In this document: piece after piece, positions 1 through 11,418 of the stretch | Layout of the letters: every line of letters starts with the position of its first letter | Numbering within the stretch: the stretch's first letter is position 1 | DNA from: Vitrella brassicaformis CCMP3155 | Taxonomy: Eukaryota; Protista; Chromerida | Assembly: GCA_001179505.1 (NCBI GenBank) | Contig: CDMY01000865.1 | Location: forward strand, 1 to 14,651 | Direction of reading: 5' to 3' | DNA length: 14,651 nucleotides | Made by a program: the position numbers and the translations under genes | Notes under the pieces: generated by a model | Seen by the model: only the letters and a program-made list of their open reading frames with translations | Told to the model about the DNA's origin: nothing | Databases searched by the model: none

Positions 1-22
1 CCCCATATGTGTGTGGTTGCAG

Positions 23-2676
23 CCCCGACGATCGCGACGGTCAAGGAGGAGCCCTCCGCGCCCAACACATCACCAAACAGCCCCAAAGACGCCACCAAGC
101 CCAGCCCACCACTGCCACCACCTGCTGCGGCATTAGTGGCCAAGAAGGAGGCATCGCAGGCAGAGGTCGGGGAGGGCGAGAGTGCTGCGGCGGGGGCCCT
201 CTCGCCGGCGCCACCCCGGCCGAGTGTCACAGAGGAGGGGCAGCAGCAGCACCAGCAGCAGCAGCAGCAGCGGAAGGAAGAACGTGTCGATGAACAGAGA
301 GAGGATGTAAGACATTTTTTTCCCACCTCCACTCACAGACAGACAGACACCGAGACATACACACATGGATTCATCTCTGGTGTATTCCACAAATGCAGGA
401 AGAGGCGGAGGAGATCGGTGGCAACGGTGGCGTAGATGACGGCCGTTCGGCTCTGCATCAGCGGCTGGAGCGTCTCTCAGCCCAGCTGCAGCGGCCACTC
501 GTGGCCTCTCGCGACACACCAGCACCAGCACCAGTGGCAGTGGCAGCCGGCGAGACACCGCATGTTCTAGCGGCCGCAGTCCCGGGGCAGAGGCTCCCCA
601 GGAGATCCCCGGATCGGCTGCAGGACTTCCCCTTTATGCAGGCCGAGAGACGATGTCAGTTGGCGCAAAGAGAGAGACAGGGAGGGGTGAATTAGTGTCG
701 TGTGTGTGTGTGTGGATTGGTTCAGTCGACCATCGTGTGTATGGCGCTGTGGTTGGTGCTGGTGCTGCTGGTGGCGGCAGTGGTGCGTCCAACGACTATG
801 ACTATGACGACACATCATCCAGCGATGAAGGCGACGAGCGGGGAGAGCTCAGCCCGTAAGGACAAAAGATAGAATCAGCCAACACGCCCGCCCGCCACTC
901 TCCCCTCTCCTTCTCCTTCGTCTGTCAGGGACTCGCCCCACATTCTTCTCAAAGTCCCGTCGCTGCACGTCCACGCCCTCAACGGCCTGTAAGCTCTCTG
1001 AGAAGGCGGGCGACAAGAGATAGATGAGACACGGCCATCTCGGCATCTCCTGATTTGCTCACTTTGCAGGGCTGCGCGGGAGTCTGCATCGCCGGCAGAC
1101 AGCGGCAGCGGCAGTGGAGGTAGCGGTCTGGCGGTGGCCATGGCTCCGCCAAAGGGCAAAGCGGCCCAGCCAGGAGGGAGAGGATCACGCCTCATCACGG
1201 CCGCCACTTCGGCGAAAGGCAAGCCGATGAGACAGGGAGAGGGAGAACATACACACAATGCATTGTGATGTGTGTGTGTGTGTGTTTCAGATTTGGTGGT
1301 TGTGGAGGAGGGACACCGGCGTAGCATTAGCGAAGTCTCCGACGAATGGAACCGTTAGTGCATGAGCATTGACCACGATACGCCCGCACACGCCGCGCCC
1401 ACCCTCTCTCTTTTTCTCTGTCTCTGTGTCTCCCTCTCAGTGGTTGGCCGCACTCCCCCCGGCACAAGCACCACTGGCACCATCAACTCATCGCCCCTCG
1501 ACGCCCCACCCGCCAAGCCCCGCAGACCAGGCCCCCCACCGCCTCCCCCAGCCCCCCCTCCCAAGCTCCTGCAAGCCAACCACACCCACAACCACACCCA
1601 CCAGCACACCCACACCAAGGCGAGCACCCACACCGCTCCCCGTTCCCACATGCACCCGAGCAAGAAGGAGATGCGCCGGTCGATCATGCGGCTGGTGGAG
1701 CACAACCGCGGCAACGAGGAGGCCAGAATGGCCCAACATGGCCAACATCAGCCGGCCAAGGCACCGGGTCGTCGCAAGCCAGTGGGAGGGCCGGGCTCGT
1801 CTTTCCTTCGCCGCGATTCTAGTCAGGAGAGCATTGAGGGGGGCATGGGGGTGCGGCGGGGACCTCGAGAGAAACACCAGCAGCAGCAGCAGCAGCAGCA
1901 GAGGGTGCCATCGCCGTCGGGTGAGGATTTTACACTGGTGGGGGGTGGCGGCGGGCTGCAGACGATGCACCTGTATGGCGTGCCAGGAGGTGAGAAGGAG
2001 AGAGCCGAACCAGAGAGGGAGTGAGTGAGTTGTGTGTCGTTCTGTGTTGACTCATGTTTCTATCGCAGGTCCCCCTCCTCCTCATTTTTATCCCCCTCCT
2101 GCTGCTGCTGACGTCATGCAGCCGTACCAGCCCCACCCCGTCCATATTCCCCTTCTGCCAGGCCACTTCCCCTACCCCATCACCCACCACCCACACCCAC
2201 ACCCGCCGTATGACCTCTCCCACCTCTCGCCGGTCCCAGAAGGAGACAACGAGACTTCGCGCAACAACACGCCAGCCATCGCCAGCAACCAGCAGCACAC
2301 ACGCCCCCCACCCGTCGAGGCGCACCCACTGCTCATGCAGCACCACCAGCAGCAGCACCACCTGCACGGGTACATCTATTCATGCATCACATCACGCGGA
2401 TATGTGTGGATCGGCTGGCGTTTTGTGTGATCTATCTTCAGGGCCTCACATGTTGTTCTGCCGAGCCCTGATGGCGGCATACCGTCCCCTTTGGCGGCCA
2501 TGGGAGCGATGGGCGGTGGAGGGGGACGTGGAGGTACAGGTGGGATGGCAACGCCCGTCCCACGGCCAGATGAGAGCAGCCATGGGCAGGGGAGGGGCGT
2601 GCGGGAGCGGAGAAGGGCTGTCGGCGGTGTCCTGTGGCAGCAGCAGCAGCAGCAGAGAGGGAGGGGGGCAGGCTGA
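23..2676 (+). CDS. 3' portion of a multi-exon gene encoding an unidentified low-complexity (Pro/Gln/His/Gly-rich) protein; 5' end lies outside the window; ~674 aa visible
   Basis: Manual model, exons 23-306, 399-654, 726-855, 929-988, 1070-1218, 1291-1353, 1441-1989, 2069-2369, 2442-2676 (TGA). All 8 introns are phase-consistent, with GT-AG ends except 1219-1290 (GC-AG), and most carry simple repeats. Spliced text includes ...AERRFDHRVYG...NDYDYDDTSSSDEGDERGELSPDSPHILLKVPSLHVHALNGLAARES...AKDLVVVEEGHRRSISEVSDEWNLVGRTPPG... No known domain recognised. Confidence 0.7.
241..270 (+). repeat. Coding (CAG)n poly-Gln tract (QQQHQQQQQQ)
   Basis: In-frame CAG run in gene 1. Other coding CAG runs at ~1879-1900, ~2638-2655 and ~10114-10134. 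Confidence 0.9.
1219..1290 (+). other. Non-canonical GC-AG intron (gene 1)
   Basis: AAAG|GCAAGC donor and GTGTTTCAG acceptor. Splicing joins AAA G|AT TTG (K-D-L) and preserves frame between two open exons. No GT dinucleotide occurs between 1201 and 1264. Confidence 0.75.
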
Positions 2677-3034
2677 CTTACTTGAGAGGTGGAACTCTGC
2701 ATGTTTCGCCGTAGCTCTGCATGGATGACCCACGTGACACGCGCCATCCGATCCACAGGCACACGGGCATTCGTTCGGTCCCCCGGGATTCGCCTCATCC
2801 CAAACCCCACACACTACGCAAACCTAACCCTGCACATGCCCTTTTTGCGCAACCTCCCCTCCTCCCCACAACCACCAAAACAGCCAGGTCACACCCACGC
2901 ACACCAACCTCGACTTTTCCGCGCTCGGAAAGACCCCATACCCGCCGAGATCCAAACACCAAGATCGTCAGCGGCTGTTGACGGCCACCATGGGCCAGCT
3001 AGGCACCTGAGGACGGTAGTAGGTCGTCAGGGAG

Positions 3035-5498
<2,464 letters not shown>

Positions 5499-6462
5499 AT
5501 AGCTATTGGTAGACGGACAGCCCGAGGAGAGCGGTGTCGGCGGGGCGGGGGGTGAGGTGTGTCGTGTTGCCGAGAGGCAACGAATTGCTTAGTTGTGGAT
5601 GAGCGTGTGTGTGTGTGTGTGTGTGAGGTGACCGTTGTCCTATATATCGCTCGTTCGTTTCTAAGTGCGCAAATGTGATGTGTGTGGACGGACATATCTC
5701 GGTGCACTTTTTGCGTGGCGTGGCGTGGCGTGTGTGTATGTGTGTGTCATGTACCTTGGTGAACTGAGTGTGGTCAACGTGTGTGTTGCCTCGTTGCAAT
5801 GCAACCAAACCATGGGTAGGAGATACACACGCTCGTTAACCGAATCGATGCTCTGTCCGTCAGTCCGCTCGGTGGTTAGATACAGTCAAATCTTACCACG
5901 AGTATACACACACACACATCCACCACACACATCCATCCACACACACGGACAGACGCGAAGGTACCAAGTCTCTCCTCTCTACCCACTGCAAACCGAACCA
6001 CACCACGCCACGCCACCACACGCCATTATCATTATCCCGCCGCCCAACACACTGACATAGATGCCGCCTCTGTCTGGTCTGCCTGTGTGGGGGCTGTGCG
6101 CGAAGGTGATGTGCAAAGAGGAGAAAGAAATGACGGAGATGGTTGGGTGGATGGAGAGCCGCTATGTGTGAAACCTTCCAACAAAAGACAACAAAGCCAC
6201 GCCACGCGCAAAAGCAACATCACACACGAATCCATCCATCCAGACCACGCACTCCACCCATGAAATATATACACCACACCCACAGCTCGGGCGAGGAGGG
6301 AATATATCACTTAGTTAGGACAGGATACGATACGGTGCAGGTGGACATGTGGCTGAGGGGGTGACGGGAAGACAGCGCGGTCAGACACGCGCCACCTCTC
6401 GTCGGTATAGTCACCACACCACACCACACCACACACACGGATGGCCTGCGGGGGGTTGGTGT

Positions 6463-7247
6463 TCACGCCTTTGGCTTGTACTTGGCCATCTCCTTCTCGT
6501 AACGCTCCTAAACACAACACAACACAACACAACACAACACACAACACCAACCATCACACACATCGGGAGAGATCTGTTACACACCCACCCATTCCCACCC
6601 TCCCTCTCACCTTGTCCTTCTTGGCCTGGGTCTCTGCACACACCACCCCACCACACACAGAACCAACAACACACAACACAGAGAGATCCACGTGTGTGCA
6701 ATGTGGTGTGGTGTGATGTGGTGTGCGCATGGTGCGGTGTGTGTGGTTTGGTGTGCGGTGCATCGGGTTGTAGTAAGTTCCTTCCTTACCGAATGGAGCC
6801 TTTTGTTTGTCGGTCATCTTCTTCCACTCCTCGCCGAGCACCTTGGATACCTCCGTCACCTTCTTGGCCAGCTCAGGGTTCTTCTTGACCAACTCGGGGC
6901 GCCGCGAGATGCCGAAAAAGATATAGGCACCTGCACAGATGCCACACACCCATCCGACACACAGAGATCCAAAGATATGAGGCGAATCCGATGCATTCCG
7001 AGGCGGATGCAGTGCATAGCGCCCTTTCTGTCCATTGTGTGGTCGCAGAACGCACTCCGGGCCTTCTTGGGAGCATCGGGGTCCTGCATACCGCCACCAC
7101 AGGCACCAGAAGGCATGAGACATGACGTAGATGCCCTCTGTGGCGCCATCCTGGCCTTCTGCTCACCTTCTTGGCGCGCGGCTTGGCGGCAGCCTTGCTC
7201 GCGCGGGCCTTGGCCTTGCCCTTACCCTTGGCCGCACCCTTCGCCAT
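6463..7247 (-). CDS. NHP6: Single HMG-box chromatin architectural protein (NHP6/HMGB-like) with basic Lys/Ala-rich N-tail, 105 aa
   Basis: Exons 7247-7167, 7083-7056, 6930-6790, 6633-6611, 6507-6463 (318 nt, all GT-AG, in phase) give MAKGAAKGKGKAKARASKAAAKPRAKKDPDAPKKARSAYIFFGISRRPELVKKNPELAKKVTEVSKVLGEEWKKMTDKQKAPFETQAKKDKERYEKEMAKYKPKA*. This matches the NHP6/HMGB signature DPxAPK-x3-SAYxFF...GExWK...KxPF...A..DKxRYxxE. Confidence 0.95.
6511..6540. repeat. (AACAC)6 microsatellite in an HMG-gene intron
   Basis: Directly visible. Confidence 0.97.
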
Positions 7248-7249
7248 GC

Positions 7250-7316
7250 CTGAGAGGACCAAAGCGACGAAAAGGCGGTCGGGGAGGTGGTGCGGAGGCC
7301 AAGGGAGGGAGCTCAC
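7250..7316 (-). other. Probable 5'-UTR intron of the HMG-box gene
   Basis: The minus strand reads CACG|GTGAGC (donor at 7316) ... GGTCCTCTCAG|GCATGGCG (acceptor ends at 7250, 2 nt before the ATG). 67 nt, in the size range of the other introns. Confidence 0.6.
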
Positions 7317-7319
7317 CGT

Positions 7320-7511
7320 GCAACTAAGATGGAAAGATGAAAAGGGAGTGAAAGAAGGCTACGATGTGGACGCAAACAACCACGGATATGCAGATGCAGA
7401 ACTTTAAGGGCGTGAAGCGTTTCACAGAGTCGAGAAGGATTGCGGGCTTTGCATGCATGTGGATCTTGGCCACGGGGGCCGGCCCACGCGTCTCCATAGA
7501 GTGAGCGAGAG
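7320..7511. promoter_or_regulatory. Putative short bidirectional promoter / 5'-UTR region between the divergent HMG-box and channel genes
   Basis: Head-to-head genes with ATGs at 7247 (-) and 7453 or 7512 (+). The region is relatively AT-richer, lacks microsatellites and contains TGCATGCA at 7450-7457. TSSs are not determinable from sequence. Confidence 0.4.
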
Positions 7512-8361
7512 ATGTGGGTCCCGTCGTCGGTGCGAACTCTCTTCACGTCCCCTGCACTTGCCGCGGCGCAGGATGCAGCCGGTGGGAACAAGAAACCGGC
7601 AGCCGTCACTGTCACGGCAGACGAGCAGGCGGCCATCTCGCCCCACTCAGAGAACACAATCCGCATTCAGACGGTGAGAGAGAGAATGGAATGCACAGCG
7701 CTACGGAACACAACACACAAGAAGCCCCTGTGTGTGTGGATGCATGGAATTGTTGTGCTGTGTTGGTGGGTCCCGTGGTGGGATGCATCTGTAGGTGGTC
7801 ATTGAGCAGACCCAAAGCGGCACAAGGAGGCGCGTCGGCAGCTTCATCCTCGCCCTCGACAAGGCCAACAGCACCACCCACTTCGCCGACGTATTTCATG
7901 ACTTCGTGCTGGCGGACTTCGACCTCTCGTACTCTGAGGATACGGACGGCTGGAGCTCCTATGTGTCGTCCTCCCCACCCACAACTGTCGCCGACAGCAC
8001 CCTGCCCCCTGATGCGCTTGCCGTGCCCCCTCAAGAGCTCGTTGCCGAGCTGCATCGGCTCATGGGAGGGTTTTCCTGCATCCATGTCGTGCTGAGAAGG
8101 GCGGAGAGGGCGCTGAGAGGGGGTGGTGAGATGGGCAAGGAGGTTACTGGGGAAGAGACTCAGTACGATCCTCTCAAGAGGCGTGGGACGATTGACGCTG
8201 ACTTGGCGAAGCGGCAGGAGGCCATTATGCGTCGGCACCAGCAGGTGGCGGCTGAGGAGAGGAGGCAGGAGCTGATGACTAGGTTTGACCTCTTCTTTGC
8301 CTTCTTCATCGTGCTGAACGCCGCTTTTATTGGGGTGGGTATCAGAAAGAGCACGACGGTC

Positions 8362-8399
<38 letters not shown>

Positions 8400-11102
8400 G
8401 GCATGTGTATGTTGTCATATATCTCGCGCTGCATGGTATGTGTGTGCAGGTTGAGACGGACTACGGCTCGGGAACGGGGGGCTATCACGGCGATGACCCA
8501 TTGGGCCTCGCTCTCTATATACTCAATGTAGGGAATGTCTGCAATGGGCTGAGAGTTCCTTCCCCCATCTCTGGGTGGGGTGTGTGCAGCATTTTTTCCT
8601 CGCCGTGTTTGTGCTTGAGCTGGTCCTGCGCGTCTACTTCTTCTCATGGCGGGCCTTCCTGGACGGATGGACTTCCTTCGACCTGCTGCTGGTGCTCGCC
8701 TCTGCCATCGACCTGTGGGTAGGTGCTGGCCCTCAAGATTGTCTCTCATCCATCCATCCATCCATCCATCCACACACACGAGGGAAGGAGGTGTGTTTGG
8801 TGTGTGCAGGTGATCCAGGTGATAGCCTACGGCGGCGGCGAGGAGTCCGCGTCGATGCAGGCCGTCACAGTATTCAGGATCGTTCGTCTGTGCAAGCTGG
8901 CGAGACTGATACGCATCCTTAGGGCATTCAAGGAGCTGTGGTACGTGCCATGCCATGCCGTGAAGACTGAACACAGCACAGCACAGGGGGGGCGGTGCGC
9001 ATCACATCCTCTGGTGGGTCGATGGGATTGGATGGGTGTAGGTTGATAGTCAAGGGTTTGGCGACGTCTCTCAAGACTCTCTTGTGGATCGCCGTACTGC
9101 TGATCATAGTCATCTACGCATGTGCCATATTGTATGTCCTTGAGCACCGCACCGCCGACACACACACACGCACTCCACCCTTCCTGCAAACATCCTTCTG
9201 TCTGTCTGTCTGTCTGTCTGTCTGTCGTCAATGTGCGTCAACTAATGCAGCTGCACTCAGATCATAGGCCAGAGACTTGTCGATGTGGAGGCAGTGGAGG
9301 ATTCGGTCGAGCGGCCAGAGCAGTTCTTGCTGCCCGTGGGGTCGTCCTATGACCCAAGTTATGGGTGCCCGGAGCCGCCGGCCGCCGATCCCAACGAGGA
9401 CATGGACCTGCTTTTTGGGAGTGTGCTCAAATCCATGTGAGTGCGTGTGGATGATCATACATATGTGTTAGTTATGCTGTTTGTGTGTCTCGTGTGTTTG
9501 TGTGTGTCAGGTTTACTTTGTTCCAAGGTGGGCAGGGTTGATGGTGGTCCGTGGGAAGGGGTCTGTCTGTCTGTCTGTCTGTTGTTGTCTTTGTTTCTCT
9601 GCTGTGGGTATGCAGTGATAACGCTCTCTGGCTGGGCAAGTGCGTAAGCATACCAGCGGGGGCATGTGTGTCTGAGTACATACACATGTGGTCGATCTCT
9701 GCCTGCTCGGTCAGCGGTGGTCCGCGCCGTGGCTGCAGTCAACCCCTACATGCTCGCCTTCTTCGTCGTCTTCATGTACCCACACACCTCCCCCGTCCCT
9801 CCCTCCCTCTCCTCATCCATCCATCCCTTCCTCTGTCAGCTGGCTGAGTTCGTTTGCCATCATGAACTTGGTGATTGGCGTGATCTGCGAGTCCACCCTG
9901 TCGAGCGGCAAGGACACCAAGAGCGACGACTACCGGCTGCTGCAGAGGCGGCTCGGCAAGGAGTGGGCCGAGATGATGGACGCACTTACAGAGTGCTGGG
10001 ACTTCATCGTCAAAATCAAGGTAACCCAAGATGAATTTGACAGACACAGACACAGAGGCAGACTCATATTCTTGTCTATTTAGGACGAAAATGAGGGTTC
10101 CTCACCCCCAGAGCAGCAGCAGCAGCAGCAGCAGCCACCCCCACCGCCACAGCAAGCCCCCGACGCCCGCGCAGAGGCCTACAGAGCGCCAGAAAGGGGC
10201 GTGAGTGAGAGTGGGTCGAGGATGTCTCGCCGGCGAGTGGCTGGTGCGGAGGGTGGCATGTTCAGCGACATCACCACACTCAGCAGGACGGGCACATTCC
10301 GGGCAGACAGTGTGGGCTGGAGGGTGGGGGAGAGGAAGAGAGAGGAGAGAGATGGACACGGAGAGACCTCTGTGCTTGTGCCTGCGTGTGGGTGGATGCG
10401 GTGCAGACGTCTGCTGTTGTGACGGGAAGGCGGCTCTGCCGGGCTCTCGAGACGCCTCTTGTAAGCGAGTCTTAGCGGCTGTGTCGGTTCGCTGCACTGC
10501 ACTGCACTGCGCTGCAGTTGGTGGCCAAGCTGCGGCTGCTGCAGATCCATGTGGACAAGGCGGACGCGATGATGCGCGTGATGGACACCAAAAAGAGGGG
10601 ATTTGTCGACTTCGAACAGTATGCAGGGGGGGAGAGAGGGAGACACACATACATTTATGAGGAGTGTGTATGTGTATGTGCGCGTGCAGGTTTGTGGATG
10701 GGTGTCTGCTGCTGCGTGGCGGGGCCAATGCCTTAGACATCCTCACCATCCGCAAGAAACACATCGCCATCGAGTGACCACCCTGTCCACCCTCTCTCTC
10801 CCCCTCTGTCCCATGTCTCCCTTCCTCGTGCATGCAGCCACCGCGTCAAGGCGATGGACGCCATGCTGGACTCGCTGATCAAGCACATCGGGCGGCAGGA
10901 GCCGAGGCACTTCGTGAGCCAGGCCTTCAGGCAGGCCACCCCACGCACATTCCCCCTCTCGCCAGGCGGACACGTGCTGCCTGCTGCTGATGCTGATGTG
11001 GACCTGGTGGATGTGTCCAGTGGGACGTCTGCCTCTTCGTCTGGATCGGCGGCAGGCACCGAATGGAGAGAGCTGGACGAGCAAAGGAGTGGGGGTGAGT
11101 GA
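7512..11102 (+). CDS. Single-domain 6-TM voltage-gated cation channel (Ion_trans family; BacNav/CatSper/EukCat-like architecture) with C-terminal EF-hand-like region, ~776 aa
   Basis: Exons 7512-7673 (alternative start: 7453-7500 spliced to 7572), 7795-8334, 8450-8527, 8590-8718, 8810-8940, 9042-9131, 9251-9436, 9511-9527, 9616-9639, 9715-9775, 9840-10020, 10084-10311, 10407-10460, 10518-10618, 10690-10773, 10838-11102 (or a final splice 11095-11144 with stop at 11152). All in phase. S1 FDLFFAFFIVLNAAFIGVETD; S2 FFLAVFVLELVLR; S3 GWTSFDLLLV; S4 FRIVRLCKLARLIRILRAFKELW; S5 TLLWIAVLLIIVIYACAIFCTQIIG; pore FGSVLKSMFTLFQVITLSGWATVVRAV; S6 FAIMNLVIGVICES; tail MDTKKRGFVDFEQFVDGCLLLRGGANALDI. Confidence 0.9.
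8365..8396. repeat. (GT)16 microsatellite in a channel-gene intron
   Basis: Directly visible. One of many (GT)n/(AC)n runs, e.g. ~700-713, 1269-1284, 4956-4972, 5584-5604, 11623-11640. Confidence 0.98.
9197..9224. repeat. (TCTG)7 microsatellite in a channel-gene intron
   Basis: Directly visible. Similar runs near 3234-3247 and 9562-9581. Confidence 0.97.
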
Positions 11103-11418
11103 GTGAGTTGGTGGGTCGGTGTGTGTCAACATCAATCACTATAGAGATTTGAGGCGCTCGGATATGCTATGCTGCTCGCTGTAAGTTTTCTTCATTTGGT
11201 CGATTGACATTTGTCTCTTTGATGGTACATGTCATGTACCGTGCAGCTGTACTATGCCTCGAAGCCATTCTTTTGCCATGGCTGAGAGGCAACACATCCA
11301 CACGACACGACACACAGCGACCACAAATTGAGATCGACACATCCATCCACCACCCACTCAACCAAACACAGTCTCTCTCTCTCTCTGTCTGTCCGATGCG
11401 ATGCAATGCGATCATCAC

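Noticed and set aside
653-859. Apparent end of a gene at TAA 857-859
   Set aside because: The TAA lies inside a consensus donor GTAAGG at 856; splicing to 929 continues the frame through six further exons.
849-1327. Minus-strand ORFs (849-1046, 875-1327, 979-1188) that look coding
   Set aside because: The region is better explained by plus-strand exons 929-988, 1070-1218 and 1291-1353 with phase-matched splice sites; these ORFs are antisense shadows of GC-rich codons.
5500-6460. ORFs in the MYST/HMG intergenic region (5665-6060, 6032-6310, 6143-6364) and possible ncRNA
   Set aside because: Translations are dominated by microsatellite-derived residues, there is no consistent exon chain, and no tRNA/snRNA signature is visible.
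8128-8163. Possible 36-nt in-frame intron (GTGAGA...CTCAG) in channel exon 2
   Set aside because: Shorter than every other intron modelled here, has no repeat signature and reads through without a stop; left as exon pending RNA-seq.
7612-8418. 268-aa minus-strand ORF, and other long antisense ORFs (e.g. 10102-10833, 4893-5462, 11674-12330)
   Set aside because: They overlap recognised exons on the opposite strand, run through microsatellite introns (THTHT/CVCVC translations) and show no domain signal.
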